A stretch of DNA of 33,842 bases from Nitrospirota bacterium. Lineage in GTDB: Bacteria; JACPQY01. Under the pieces are notes generated by a model that searched no databases, was not told where the DNA came from, and saw nothing but the letters and a program-made list of their open reading frames with translations. A program made the position numbers and the translations under genes. The stretch lies in NCBI GenBank assembly GCA_016180645.1, contig JACPAV010000033.1, positions 62,001-95,842 of the forward strand, given 5' to 3'. The first letter of the stretch is position 1. The number at the start of each line of letters is the position of its first letter. Below, piece after piece: positions 1 through 9,497 of this stretch.

Positions 1-938
1 TTGATCACGTGCGTAATCTGGGAGATGTCGATGCCGCGCGAGGCGATGTCGGTGGCGACGAGGATATTGTAGCGACCCTCCCGGAAGCCATCGAGCGCGG
101 CCTTTCGCCGGTTCTGCGAGAGATTACCCTGCAAGCAGGCAACCTCCCGGCCCTTGTCCTGAAGATTCCTTGCCAGACGCTTGGCGCGGTGCTTGGTGCG
201 AGTGAAAACCAGCACGGACGACCCGGCGGTCTGCTCCAGCAGCCTCGCCAGCAGCGCGGGCTTCAGGTGCTCGACCACCGGGTAAAGGGCGTGGGAAACC
301 GTCGCCAGTGGCACGGTATGGTCGACTTGGACGGTGACCGGTTGGCGGAGGATCTCGTGCGCGAGCCGGCGGATGTCGTCCGGCATCGTGGCCGAGAAGA
401 GCAACGTCTGCCGATTGGCCGGGAGTTGCTTGAGGATTCGGCGGATGTCGGGCAGGAAGCCCATGTCAAACATGCGGTCGGCTTCATCGATCACGAGGAC
501 ATCCAGGTGCGATGGCTTGAAGGCACCGTGCTGCATATGGTCGAGCAGGCGCCCCGGGCAGGCCACGACGATTTCGACGCCGTTCCCGAGGCCGGTGACC
601 TGGGGGCCGGCGCCGACCCCGCCGTACACCGTCAGGCTGCGCAGTCCCGTCTGCCGGCCGAGCTCGCGAAAAACATCCGCGATCTGGTCGGCCAGCTCGC
701 GCGTTGGCGCGAGGATCAGCGCCCGGGTGACGCCGCGCGGGCCCGTAAGCAGGTGCTGAAGTATGGGGAGGGCGAAGGCCGCGGTCTTTCCGGTCCCCGT
801 CTGCGCCAGGCCCATGACGTCGCGGCCCTGGAGGATGGGTGCGATGGATTGCAGCTGGATGGGCGTCGGTTTGGAATAGCCCAGCGCGCGGATGCCCGCA
901 ACGATCCTGGGATCGAAGTCAAAAGAAGAGAAGCTCAT
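1..938 (-). CDS. DEAD-box ATP-dependent RNA helicase (RhlE-like), 3' end runs off the window
   Basis: Not in the ORF track because it lacks a stop. Manual minus-strand translation from ATG 938: MSFSSFDFDPRIVAGIRALGYSKPTPIQ (Q motif), AQTGTGKT (motif I), VIDEADRMFDMGF (DEAD), LFSATMP (motif III), VATDIASRGIDI (motif V). GAAAGGG SD-like sequence upstream. Confidence 0.95.
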   Translation of the reverse strand, partial: MSFSSFDFDPRIVAGIRALGYSKPTPIQLQSIAPILQGRDVMGLAQTGTGKTAAFALPILQHLLTGPRGVTRALILAPTRELADQIADVFRELGRQTGLRSLTVYGGVGAGPQVTGLGNGVEIVVACPGRLLDHMQHGAFKPSHLDVLVIDEADRMFDMGFLPDIRRILKQLPANRQTLLFSATMPDDIRRLAHEILRQPVTVQVDHTVPLATVSHALYPVVEHLKPALLARLLEQTAGSSVLVFTRTKHRAKRLARNLQDKGREVACLQGNLSQNRRKAALDGFREGRYNILVATDIASRGIDISQITHVI

Positions 939-1241
939 GGTGTCACCCTTTCTATCTGTACGCGACCGGGAATTCCCGCATCAGCGAGCAAACGGCTTGT
1001 CCACGATGGGACTTGTCGGCGGCCTTGCAGAGGTGGGAGCGCCCTCGGCCGCTGTCTATTGTCTAACACATTCGGAGGCGGCCAACCCAACGTCGGCATG
1101 GCCATCCGCTAACCGTCATAGTATTATTTTGGAAACTTCTCAAACGAAGCGCTGATGGAGTACACTGTCCGGGCTCATGATTCACTGCGGCCCAGATCCT
1201 GACGATGTCATGATTGATGGCAGATATACATCTTTGACCTT

Positions 1242-3524
1242 ATGAAGCCCCGTTCCGAAATCCGCACGATCGCCTTTGTAGGGAACTACCTGCCCCGGCT
1301 CTGCGGTATCGCCACCTTCACAACGGATTTGTGCACGTCCGTGACGGCCCAGTTCCCGAAGGTACAGTGCTTCGCCGTGCCCGTGAACGACATCGAGGGG
1401 GGCTACGACTACCCCCACGATGTCCGTTTTGAAATTGAGGAGCAGAACTTGGCCTCGTATCGGCGGGCGGCGGATTTTTTGGGTATCAGCGACGTGGATG
1501 TGCTTTGTGTCCAACATGAGTACGGTATTTACGGAGGACCGGCGGGCGGGTACCTTCTAGCGCTCCTGCGCGAAGTGGATCTGCCTATCGTCACCACGCT
1601 CCACACCGTGCTCAAAGGACCCAACGCCGATCAAAAACGGGTGATGCAGGAACTGATCCAGCTCTCCACCCGCGTGGTGGTGATGTCCCATAAGGCGGAG
1701 GAATTCCTGAAGGGAGTTTACCATGCCCCCGCCGCCAAAATAGACATGATTCCCCACGGCATTCCCGAGACCTCTTTTGTGGATTCCGCTTTCTACAAGG
1801 ATCTCTTCGGCGTGGAAGGCAAGCAGGTTCTCTTGACGTTCGGTCTGCTTTCTCCCAACAAGGGAATTGAGAACATGCTTAACGCCCTTCCCAAGATCGT
1901 GGCGGAACGCCCCGACGTGGTTTACATCATCTTGGGAGCCACCCATCCGCACCTTTTGCGGGAGACGGGCGAGTCCTACCGCCTGGGCCTGGAATTGCTG
2001 GCCGAAAAGAACGGCGTCAAGAAGAATGTGATCTTTTACAACCGCTTCGTGGATTTGGCCGAGCTCAAGGAGTTCATCGGCGCTGCGGACATCTACGTCA
2101 CCCCCTATTTGGACGAAACCCAGATCGTGTCCGGGACTCTGGCCTATTGTTTCGGCGCGGGCAAGGCGGTGGTGTCCACTCCCTATTGGTACGCACGGGA
2201 GCTCTTGGCTGATCATCGGGGGGTATTGGTGCCCTTCAACGATCCGGGCGCCATCGCCCGGGAGGTGGTGGGGCTTTTGTCGGACGATACCCGGCGCAAC
2301 GCCCTGCGCAAGAACGCATACAAAATGGGGCGGGAGATGGTGTGGGGCAACGTGGCCTGTTCCTACATGCAGGTTTTTGAGAAGGCCCGGAATGAACGGG
2401 CCGGCTTGACCCGAAAGCTTTTCACGGTGAAGACGCTGGACAAGCAGCTCACAGGGCTGCCCGAAATGAAGTTGGACCACCTCTACCGGATGACCGACTC
2501 CACCGGCCTCTTTCAGCACGCCATCGCGGCGGTGCCGAACTTCCACACCGGGTACTGTACCGACGATAATGCCCGCGCCCTGATTTTGACGGTTCTTCTG
2601 GAGGAGTTGGGGATGGATTCCTCCCGTCTCTTGGACGCCGCCACCACCTACGCTGCCTTCCTGCAATACGCCTTCGACCCGAAGCTGAAGCGTTTTCGGA
2701 ACATCATGGGATTCAACCGGTCATGGAAGGATGAAACCATATCCGAGGACTGTTGCGGCCGCGCGCTGGCGGCCCTGGGAACCTGCGTGGGCCGATCAAG
2801 AAACTCCGGCTTTCAAGTCCTGGCGGGACAGGTCTTCGCACAGGCGCTCTCTCCTGTGACGGGATTCAGCTCGCCCCGGGCTTGGGCGATGGCCTTGATC
2901 GGCGCCCACGAATACCTGCGACGATTTAACGGAGACCGGCAGGTCAGCCAGCTCCGGGACGCCCTCACCGACCTTCTGATGGGTCTCTACCATCGCACCG
3001 CCACCCCCGAGTGGCCTTGGTTCGAGGACTCGGTGACTTATATGAACGCCGGGCTTCCCCACGCGCTGATTTTGAGCGGAAGGGAAACCTCCCGTGCCGA
3101 CGTGCTCGAGATGGGCCTGAATACCCTGCGCTGGCTCACCAAGATCCAGACCTCCGAAGGGGGCTATCTGCGGCCCATCGGCTCCAACGGTTTTTATAAA
3201 CGCGGTGGCGAGCGGGCGAATTTCGACCAGCAACCCATCGAGGCTCAGGCCATGGTGTCCGCCTGTTTGGAGGCTTACCGATGCACCTCGGATGACTATT
3301 GGTTCAGCCAGGCGCGCCGCGCCTTCGACTGGTTCTTGGGACGCAACGACTTGGGCCTTTTCCTCTACGACCCCAATACGGGCGGATGCCGGGACGGGCT
3401 CCACGTGGACCGCGTGAACCAGAACCAGGGGGCCGAATCCACCCTGGCGTTCCTCGTTTCTCTGGCGGAGATGCAGCGGGTGCACAACGAACTGGCCGCC
3501 TTCAAGAACTCGCCGCCCTCTTGA
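1242..3524 (+). CDS. GT4-family glycosyltransferase fused to a C-terminal helical (six-hairpin glycosidase-like) domain
   Basis: 760 aa. GNYLPRLCGIATF, QHEYGIYGG, TFGLLSPNKGIE and SGTLAY...GKAVVSTPY are GT4 motifs. The C-terminal domain carries YCTDDNARAL, FDQQPIE and NQNQGAESTLA. Confidence 0.9.
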   Translation: MKPRSEIRTIAFVGNYLPRLCGIATFTTDLCTSVTAQFPKVQCFAVPVNDIEGGYDYPHDVRFEIEEQNLASYRRAADFLGISDVDVLCVQHEYGIYGGPAGGYLLALLREVDLPIVTTLHTVLKGPNADQKRVMQELIQLSTRVVVMSHKAEEFLKGVYHAPAAKIDMIPHGIPETSFVDSAFYKDLFGVEGKQVLLTFGLLSPNKGIENMLNALPKIVAERPDVVYIILGATHPHLLRETGESYRLGLELLAEKNGVKKNVIFYNRFVDLAELKEFIGAADIYVTPYLDETQIVSGTLAYCFGAGKAVVSTPYWYARELLADHRGVLVPFNDPGAIAREVVGLLSDDTRRNALRKNAYKMGREMVWGNVACSYMQVFEKARNERAGLTRKLFTVKTLDKQLTGLPEMKLDHLYRMTDSTGLFQHAIAAVPNFHTGYCTDDNARALILTVLLEELGMDSSRLLDAATTYAAFLQYAFDPKLKRFRNIMGFNRSWKDETISEDCCGRALAALGTCVGRSRNSGFQVLAGQVFAQALSPVTGFSSPRAWAMALIGAHEYLRRFNGDRQVSQLRDALTDLLMGLYHRTATPEWPWFEDSVTYMNAGLPHALILSGRETSRADVLEMGLNTLRWLTKIQTSEGGYLRPIGSNGFYKRGGERANFDQQPIEAQAMVSACLEAYRCTSDDYWFSQARRAFDWFLGRNDLGLFLYDPNTGGCRDGLHVDRVNQNQGAESTLAFLVSLAEMQRVHNELAAFKNSPPS

Positions 3525-5003
3525 ATGAAACGGTCCTCCCTCAAACAAACACCCATCCACATCCGCCGGACGGAGATCCGGTTGGCCCCGGACCAAAACC
3601 GGGTAGTCCTGCGGCCTCTGGGGTTCGCCTCCGATGAGGAATACGTCAGGATCATCCGTCGGGCGCAGGCGCTTCCGGAGCAGGATGTCCAGCGCGTTCT
3701 TGATCGGGTCCTGCAGGAGTTTTCCTCCCGCCATCGGTGGCTGATCAAGCGCCTCTTGGCGAGGTTTCACCACCTGGAACATTTCCTGCCCCCGGGAGGC
3801 GACATCTCGGAAGCGCGAAAACTGCTGATCGGCTCCTACTTCATGTTTGAATATTCGGCCGAGTCCGCGGCGCTCTTCAACCCATCCATCCTTCACCATC
3901 CCGACCAATCGGGGCTGCCCAAGGGAAGTCTGCGCTTCCTTCTGAGCCTTCGGTCGACGGGGGAGGGTCACGTATCTTCCATTTCTTTCCGCAGCGGCGT
4001 TATTGACGCGCACAACGGCATTTCCGTGGACCCGGCATCGCGTTTCTTGACCGAGCCCGAGCTCATTGAGAACCCGGCTTATCACAAAGTTCTCTTTGGG
4101 CGGAAGATCGCGGAAATGGGCTTGGCCGGCGAATGGGCGGAACGCGTGATGGGCCGCCTGGGAGACTTTTTCACCCTCAAAGAACTCAAGCATGGCCTCA
4201 AGGAGGTGCTTCAAGAAACGGCCCCCGGCCAAAAAATCGGGGACGACAACACCGCCAAAGGCCTGTGGCTTTTGGCGCAGTCCAACTACGACATTCGGTT
4301 TCCGCCGGACCAGGAGCTCTCCGAAAGGATCATTTTTCCCGTCACTCCCATTCAAAGCAACGGCATCGAGGACGTGCGTCTGACGGCGCATCGAGCCGAA
4401 GGGGGAAACACGGTTTATTACGCCACCTATACCGCCTACGACGGCCGCAACGTGCTTCCCCAGCTCTTTGAAACGGAGGATTTCCTGCACTTCAAGTTCG
4501 CCACGCTCAACGGCCCCGGGGTGCAGAACAAAGGGATGGCCCTCTTCCCGCGCAAGATCAAAGGCCTCTTCGCCATGCTCTCGCGCCAGGACGGCGAGAA
4601 TGTTTTCCTGATGTATTCCGACAACGTGCATTTTTGGAACGAGTCTCAGCTCATCCTCTCACCCGCTCACCCCTGGGAATTCGTGAAGATGGGCAACTGC
4701 GGGTCTCCCATCGAGACGGAGGCGGGCTGGTTGGTGCTGAGCCACGGGGTTGGGCCCATGCGGAAGTACTGTCTCGGCGCTTTCTTGCTGGACCGGAATG
4801 ATCCTTCCAAGGTGATCGGCCGGCTGCGGAAGCCCTTGATGTCCCCCGAAGGGACCGAACGGGAGGGGTACGTTCCCAATGTCCTCTATACCTGCGGAGC
4901 GCTTGTGCGCGGCGATCAGCTTATCCTGCCCTACGGCATGTCGGACCGCGTGACCGGATTCGCCATCATTCCCATGGATGAAATCATGGCCCCCATGGCT
5001 TGA
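3525..5003 (+). CDS. Glycoside hydrolase/phosphorylase family 130 protein with N-terminal extension
   Basis: 492 aa, abutting the GT4 stop (TGA-ATG). Motifs GIEDVR, YYATYTAYDG, NKGMALFPRKI, WEFVKMGNCGSPI and EREGYVPNVLYTCG. Confidence 0.88.
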   Translation: MKRSSLKQTPIHIRRTEIRLAPDQNRVVLRPLGFASDEEYVRIIRRAQALPEQDVQRVLDRVLQEFSSRHRWLIKRLLARFHHLEHFLPPGGDISEARKLLIGSYFMFEYSAESAALFNPSILHHPDQSGLPKGSLRFLLSLRSTGEGHVSSISFRSGVIDAHNGISVDPASRFLTEPELIENPAYHKVLFGRKIAEMGLAGEWAERVMGRLGDFFTLKELKHGLKEVLQETAPGQKIGDDNTAKGLWLLAQSNYDIRFPPDQELSERIIFPVTPIQSNGIEDVRLTAHRAEGGNTVYYATYTAYDGRNVLPQLFETEDFLHFKFATLNGPGVQNKGMALFPRKIKGLFAMLSRQDGENVFLMYSDNVHFWNESQLILSPAHPWEFVKMGNCGSPIETEAGWLVLSHGVGPMRKYCLGAFLLDRNDPSKVIGRLRKPLMSPEGTEREGYVPNVLYTCGALVRGDQLILPYGMSDRVTGFAIIPMDEIMAPMA

Positions 5004-5056
5004 AGGGCAGTCCCGATGACTCATAGGGGATTTCGAGAGAAGCAAGGGCGCCAGGC

Positions 5057-5584
5057 ATGATTCCGGACCCGCTTGAAAGGGAACGGAATACCATCGGGCG
5101 AGCCCATCTCACGGAGGTGAATGGAACATCCATCTCGTGGGGTGAGATGGGAAAGGGCGACTCGCTGATTCTCCTTCACGGCATTTAGGACTCCCATCGA
5201 ACGTGGCGAAGGTGCGCGCCCCTTCTCGCCCGGCATTTCCGAGTCCTGATGCCCGATCTGGCGGGCCACGGCTATTCCGGCAGGCCGGACGCCCCGTACA
5301 CGCTTTCATGGCACGCCCGCATCCTCATCCAGTGGATGCGTAAGCTGAGCATGCCACGGGCGCACGTGGCAGGGCATTCCTACGGCGGGGGCGTGGCCCA
5401 ATGGATGCTTTTGGAGGACCGGAAACGCGTGCGCCGCCTGGCGCTTGTCTGCTCGGGAGGGCTTGGTCGGGAGGTGGCGGTCGGGATGCGCCTCGCCTCG
5501 TTTCCGTTATTCGGTCCTCTTACTCGCTCCGGTGCTGATGAAATTCGGCTCGCGCATGTGCCATGGGGTCAAGTCTTGACTTGA
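5057..5584 (+). pseudogene. Alpha/beta-hydrolase pseudogene (in-frame amber stop, C-terminal truncation)
   Basis: The frame from ATG 5057 reads ...GDSLILLHGI*DSHRTW...PDLAGHGYS...GHSYGG. TAG lies at 5186-5188. The reading frame ends inside the inverted repeat, and no C-terminal acid/His catalytic region is present. Confidence 0.85.
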
Positions 5585-5637
5585 TACTTCTCAGGTTCGC
5601 CGATGAAGCAAGTTGTGCCAAGTCAAGACTTGACCCC
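5565..5637. repeat. 19-bp perfect inverted repeat element (REP/REPIN- or MITE-like)
   Basis: GGGGTCAAGTCTTGACTTG (5565-5583) and CAAGTCAAGACTTGACCCC (5619-5637). Each arm is itself a small hairpin (GTCAA-GTC-TTGAC). Confidence 0.85.
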
Positions 5638-8600
5638 TTGCCCTTGCCCCCGGCGAGAAAGGAAGAAGGCGAGGAGCAAGACGGAGGGGAGGAGGGTGCT
5701 CCAGGGGTCGGTGGGAGAGCCGGGGAGGACGGCGCAGCCGCAGGTCATGCCGGCTTCGGAGGAGTCGGACTTGTACTCGACGGTGAAATGGTACTGGGTG
5801 AATTCCTTATTGTCCGCTTCATCGGTGGCGCGGACGAGGAGGTCATGCGCGCTGCCTTGTTCGAGCCCGCTCAGTTCTACGAGGCCGTCCTGCGGCAGGG
5901 CTTGATACGCGGCCCCGTCGAGGCTCCATTCCGCATTGATGTCGCTCCGTTCGGATACATAGTCTGTGACATGGGCGGTGAGGCGGACGAGGTCTTTCCC
6001 TGGATAGGCGGGGCCGATGACGCGGATGACGGGGGGTTGGGAATCGACTGCATATTTCAGGACGGCCGGTGTGGAGTCGATGTTGCGATCGGTGTCGATT
6101 CCCTGGACTTCCAAGGTGTGCCGACCTTCGATCTGCGGACCGAGGTGGAGGTCGGGATCAGCGGAGAAGATCTGCCAGGGCATGTCGTCGACGCGCCAGG
6201 TGTATTTGGCCGACGTGTCCCGATCGTCTTCATAGAGCACATAGACGACGCCGCCCGCCGGGGAGATGCCGTTGGCCACGGTCTGCTTGGGGTCGAGGTT
6301 GATGAATTCCTGGGCGGGGCCGCTTTTTGAGAGGGCGATGAAGGTTTTCGGCGCGGCGGGGCTGTCGGCCACGGTGGAGCCGGCGCCCATGCGGGCCGGG
6401 GCGAAGAGGGCGAATCCGCCGCCGCTGCTCTCCGGGGAGCAGGTGGTGAGGCAATCGCCCTTGGACAGGGCATCTCCCGAGAACATCGACTCTCCGAGTC
6501 CGGCCGAGCAGACTTTGTCTCCGGCGAAGCAGTCGGTCGTGCAGTGGAAGTCCGTGCGCCCATCCGTGCACGTGCCGTCTTTGGCCTCGCACCCTTCGCA
6601 GGACTTGTTGCCACAACAGGGTGGGGCGCCGCAGTCTGAGCAGCCGCAGTTCGTGGCGGTTCCCGTGCACTCGCCCTTTTCATTGGCGGTGTAGACCTTC
6701 GAGCCGCACTCCGTGTATTTCTCGCCCTGACCCATCTGGCAAATTCCGTCGCCGCATTTGCAGTCTTCGCTGGGTCCGTACCACTTGGCCTCTTCGCCGG
6801 GCGCACAGTACTGGCTGTTGCGCGTGGCGCAGTCGTCAGGGCAGTTCAGCTCCGTTTCGCCGATGTTGAGTTGGCACGTGCCGTCATCGTTGCATACGTC
6901 GGAGGGGATGAGGTCCGTTCCGAGCAGGCCGATGATGTCGAACTGTTTGAAACGGGCGTAGACGGTAAAGTAGTCTTTGGCGCCGTTGCCATCGGCGTCT
7001 GAGCCCTCGGTGCCTTCGTTTTTCGTCATCGGTTCCGGCCCCATGTGGAGGAACTTGAACTTGATGCCGGGGATGGAGAACTTTGTCTTCACGTCCGCGT
7101 AGAGGGACATTTCGAGCATTTCGCCGAGGAGTTCGGCGATGCCGCTCGTGAGGCGTTTGCCGCTGTCCGTCAGCGTCTTCCCGGGCTCCACATCGAGATA
7201 CTGGATGCTGTCGACGTCCAGCTTGGAATCGAAGTAGAGCGAGATGCAGGCGTCATCGTCGTCCGTGAGGTCGTTGTCGTCGAGCCCGAGGCAGGCGACG
7301 CCATCTTTGAAATCGGACTTGGCGCATTTGGCGCAGTCGGCGATTTCGCCGTACTCGTTGTCCGCGCAGCCGTATTCGAATCCGATCGGGCAGCAGGTGG
7401 GGGAGTTGGCGGAGTCGGTGCAATCCTTGCCGCTGACGGTCTTTGAGGGCGTGCAGGCCGGATCGGAGTTGGAGCTGTCGAAATCCGAGTTCGGGCAGAA
7501 GCCTTCGCCGGTGAAGTAATCCACGGAGACTTGGTATGCCATTCGGGTCCGCAGGGACATGAGCCGTTGCTCGGTGCCGTCCAGGTTTTTCAGGATGAAG
7601 TCGACGTCGAAGTTGGGGAGGGAGAATTCGAAATCGGTCCGGCAATCCTGGGGGCAACTGTCTTTCGTTTCGTTCGAGTTGCACACGAAGTCGGGGCAGG
7701 TTCCGGCGGTGGTGGAGGTTTTCCAGCGGGGGTTGCCGATCTTGACATCCGGTGTGCCTCTCGGGATGGTGCGGAGGATGACGGGCTGGCTGGCTCCGCC
7801 TTCGGTCTGGAAATTCTTGAAGGCCGGGAAGAGCGTTTCGAGCGAGCCGAGAGTGAAGGCGAAGGAGGCCGGGTTCGCGATGCTGGTGATATCGAAGCCG
7901 TCGAGGAGGCTCGACGCTTCGGTGGAAGAGGTCGAACCGTCCGTGGATTCGGGCGCGGCCGGCGGGGGGATCTGCATGCAGAAGCTGCCGGAGACGTAGA
8001 GTTGGTAGAAGATCCAGCGGAGGAGTTCCTGCGAGATGCCGAAAGCCATGTGGTAATTGGTGCCGTTGAATTTTCGGTATTCGAATTTCACCGCCGTGGC
8101 CGTCTGGGGGTTGGGCGGGCTGGTCTTATCGATGGACTCGAAGCACTCGGAGCTCTTGAGTTGGGAGAGATCCGTGGTGATCGGCTTCATGCCGAAGTCG
8201 AATGGCAGGAGGAAGCCGTTGTTGTCGATGTCCAAGTGGGGATAGAAGGCCATGCCGACGAGCGAATTGCCGCCGCCCTGGACGCCGTAGTAGCGCGCGG
8301 AGTTGGGGTTGCACTCGGCCGTACACCATTTGGGATCTTCCGCACCGCCGCAGGTGGGATCGCCCGTAGCAGGAATCGTGCCTTGCGGGATGGCCGTGGG
8401 TTGGACCCAACTGGTCATGAGGGCCATGACGTCGATGGGGAGGGAGCCTTCGAGCATGCCTTTGACTTGATCCATGAGGGGGCCCGCCAGTTGACCGATG
8501 AACAGGCCCTTGAAGGCGTTGATGAGTGCGCTCAGGAGGAAAGTGCAAATCTCTTTGATGATGGGGACTCCGCACAGGCCGCCCAATTCCAGCGTGATCT

Positions 8601-9489
8601 TGCCCGCGTCGATGCCGCTGTTATCGAGGCCCTTGGTTGTATCCACCCCCAGGTCGATGCTGAGAATGCTCGGATAGGGAGAGAGGTCGGTGCGCTTCAC
8701 CGGGTCGAGCTTCAGGTACAGGGTGAGGTATTCGATCGTGGCCCTCCCGCGCTCGAAGCCGAACCCGTCTATCTTGAGCTCGGCGATCATATTGTCGATA
8801 CGGATATTGATATTCATCGTGTCGTTTGCCGTGTCAATGGGCAGAGTGGGTGTCATCGAGGAGTAGTCCATGATCTTCCCCATGCAGAATTGCGTGTCGG
8901 ACGGATTGCAGACGCAATTAGCGTCTCCTGTGCTGTTGGCCGGGCAGGTGTGGCCGTTCTGGTCCGGGTAGGTGTCCTTCAGCCAGATCTTGACTCCGAG
9001 CATATCCGCCACGGGGTCCGTGGGCATGCTTGTGTTGATGATCCACTTGATGAGGTCGGATTTCATGAGGTCCAAGATTTGAACCTTGATTTTTTCGAAG
9101 CCCGTGTCCGTATCGGCGCCGGAGGGATCGGCGGTGAGCCTGAACGGGATCGCTTCCGTGTTGAGGAACGGAGCGGGGTTGCAGGTGGCCGGATCGTGTC
9201 CGAACTTATCGGCGCAGGCGCCGCCTTTGGTCGGATGGGGAATCGGCGAGAGCGGGATTTTGGTGTCTTCATCAACGAAGGACTTTCCCGACTTGGGGGG
9301 GAGTGCGGCGCCGCAGCCTCCGCAGCCGGCGCCCTCGGAGCAGGCGGCGAGCGCGAGCATGGCGAGGATGAAGGCGCCTTGGGCGATTCGTTTGGGGGTG
9401 AGAAAGCGCGGGCTAAAGCCCGCGGCTACCGAGGTCTCCACGAACGTCCTGATCGTCCTTTCTTCGCCTGTTGCTTTGTCACTTGTCAC
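5623..9489 (-). CDS. Large surface lipoprotein: BPI/LBP(TULIP)-like region, Cys-rich repeats, two Ig-like domains, MYXO-CTERM tail
   Basis: 1288 aa from GTG 9489 (GAGG upstream; start could be later). Lipobox LAAC, then GCGGCG. HMAFGISQELLRWIFYQLYVSG segment. CGDGxC/E..CPxDC repeats. Ig-like YTWRVD..W..EGRHTLEVQGID. Tail GCAVLPG...LLLAFFLSRRG. Confidence 0.8.
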   Translation of the reverse strand: MTSDKATGEERTIRTFVETSVAAGFSPRFLTPKRIAQGAFILAMLALAACSEGAGCGGCGAALPPKSGKSFVDEDTKIPLSPIPHPTKGGACADKFGHDPATCNPAPFLNTEAIPFRLTADPSGADTDTGFEKIKVQILDLMKSDLIKWIINTSMPTDPVADMLGVKIWLKDTYPDQNGHTCPANSTGDANCVCNPSDTQFCMGKIMDYSSMTPTLPIDTANDTMNINIRIDNMIAELKIDGFGFERGRATIEYLTLYLKLDPVKRTDLSPYPSILSIDLGVDTTKGLDNSGIDAGKITLELGGLCGVPIIKEICTFLLSALINAFKGLFIGQLAGPLMDQVKGMLEGSLPIDVMALMTSWVQPTAIPQGTIPATGDPTCGGAEDPKWCTAECNPNSARYYGVQGGGNSLVGMAFYPHLDIDNNGFLLPFDFGMKPITTDLSQLKSSECFESIDKTSPPNPQTATAVKFEYRKFNGTNYHMAFGISQELLRWIFYQLYVSGSFCMQIPPPAAPESTDGSTSSTEASSLLDGFDITSIANPASFAFTLGSLETLFPAFKNFQTEGGASQPVILRTIPRGTPDVKIGNPRWKTSTTAGTCPDFVCNSNETKDSCPQDCRTDFEFSLPNFDVDFILKNLDGTEQRLMSLRTRMAYQVSVDYFTGEGFCPNSDFDSSNSDPACTPSKTVSGKDCTDSANSPTCCPIGFEYGCADNEYGEIADCAKCAKSDFKDGVACLGLDDNDLTDDDDACISLYFDSKLDVDSIQYLDVEPGKTLTDSGKRLTSGIAELLGEMLEMSLYADVKTKFSIPGIKFKFLHMGPEPMTKNEGTEGSDADGNGAKDYFTVYARFKQFDIIGLLGTDLIPSDVCNDDGTCQLNIGETELNCPDDCATRNSQYCAPGEEAKWYGPSEDCKCGDGICQMGQGEKYTECGSKVYTANEKGECTGTATNCGCSDCGAPPCCGNKSCEGCEAKDGTCTDGRTDFHCTTDCFAGDKVCSAGLGESMFSGDALSKGDCLTTCSPESSGGGFALFAPARMGAGSTVADSPAAPKTFIALSKSGPAQEFINLDPKQTVANGISPAGGVVYVLYEDDRDTSAKYTWRVDDMPWQIFSADPDLHLGPQIEGRHTLEVQGIDTDRNIDSTPAVLKYAVDSQPPVIRVIGPAYPGKDLVRLTAHVTDYVSERSDINAEWSLDGAAYQALPQDGLVELSGLEQGSAHDLLVRATDEADNKEFTQYHFTVEYKSDSSEAGMTCGCAVLPGSPTDPWSTLLPSVLLLAFFLSRRGQGQGVKS
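9407..9429 (-). repeat. GTAG-type REP-like palindrome inside the 5' end of the CDS
   Basis: Minus strand GTAGC-CGCGGGC-TTTA-GCCCGCG: GTAG tetranucleotide followed by a 7-bp perfect stem. Confidence 0.65.
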
Positions 9490-9496
9490 ATGTCAC
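9476..9496 (-). repeat. Heptamer tandem repeat (GTGACAW)x3 spanning the start codon
   Basis: Plus strand TTGTCAC TTGTCAC ATGTCAC. Confidence 0.75.
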
Positions 9497-9497
9497 C

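Noticed and set aside
9-1112. 367-aa plus-strand ORF
   Set aside because: Antisense shadow of the DEAD-box helicase, whose motifs are all on the minus strand.
5186-5188. In-frame TAG as pyrrolysine or recoding
   Set aside because: The gene is also truncated, TAG is used as a normal stop elsewhere in the window (e.g. 21379, 25671, 27336), and no pyl genes are present. Simple decay is more likely.
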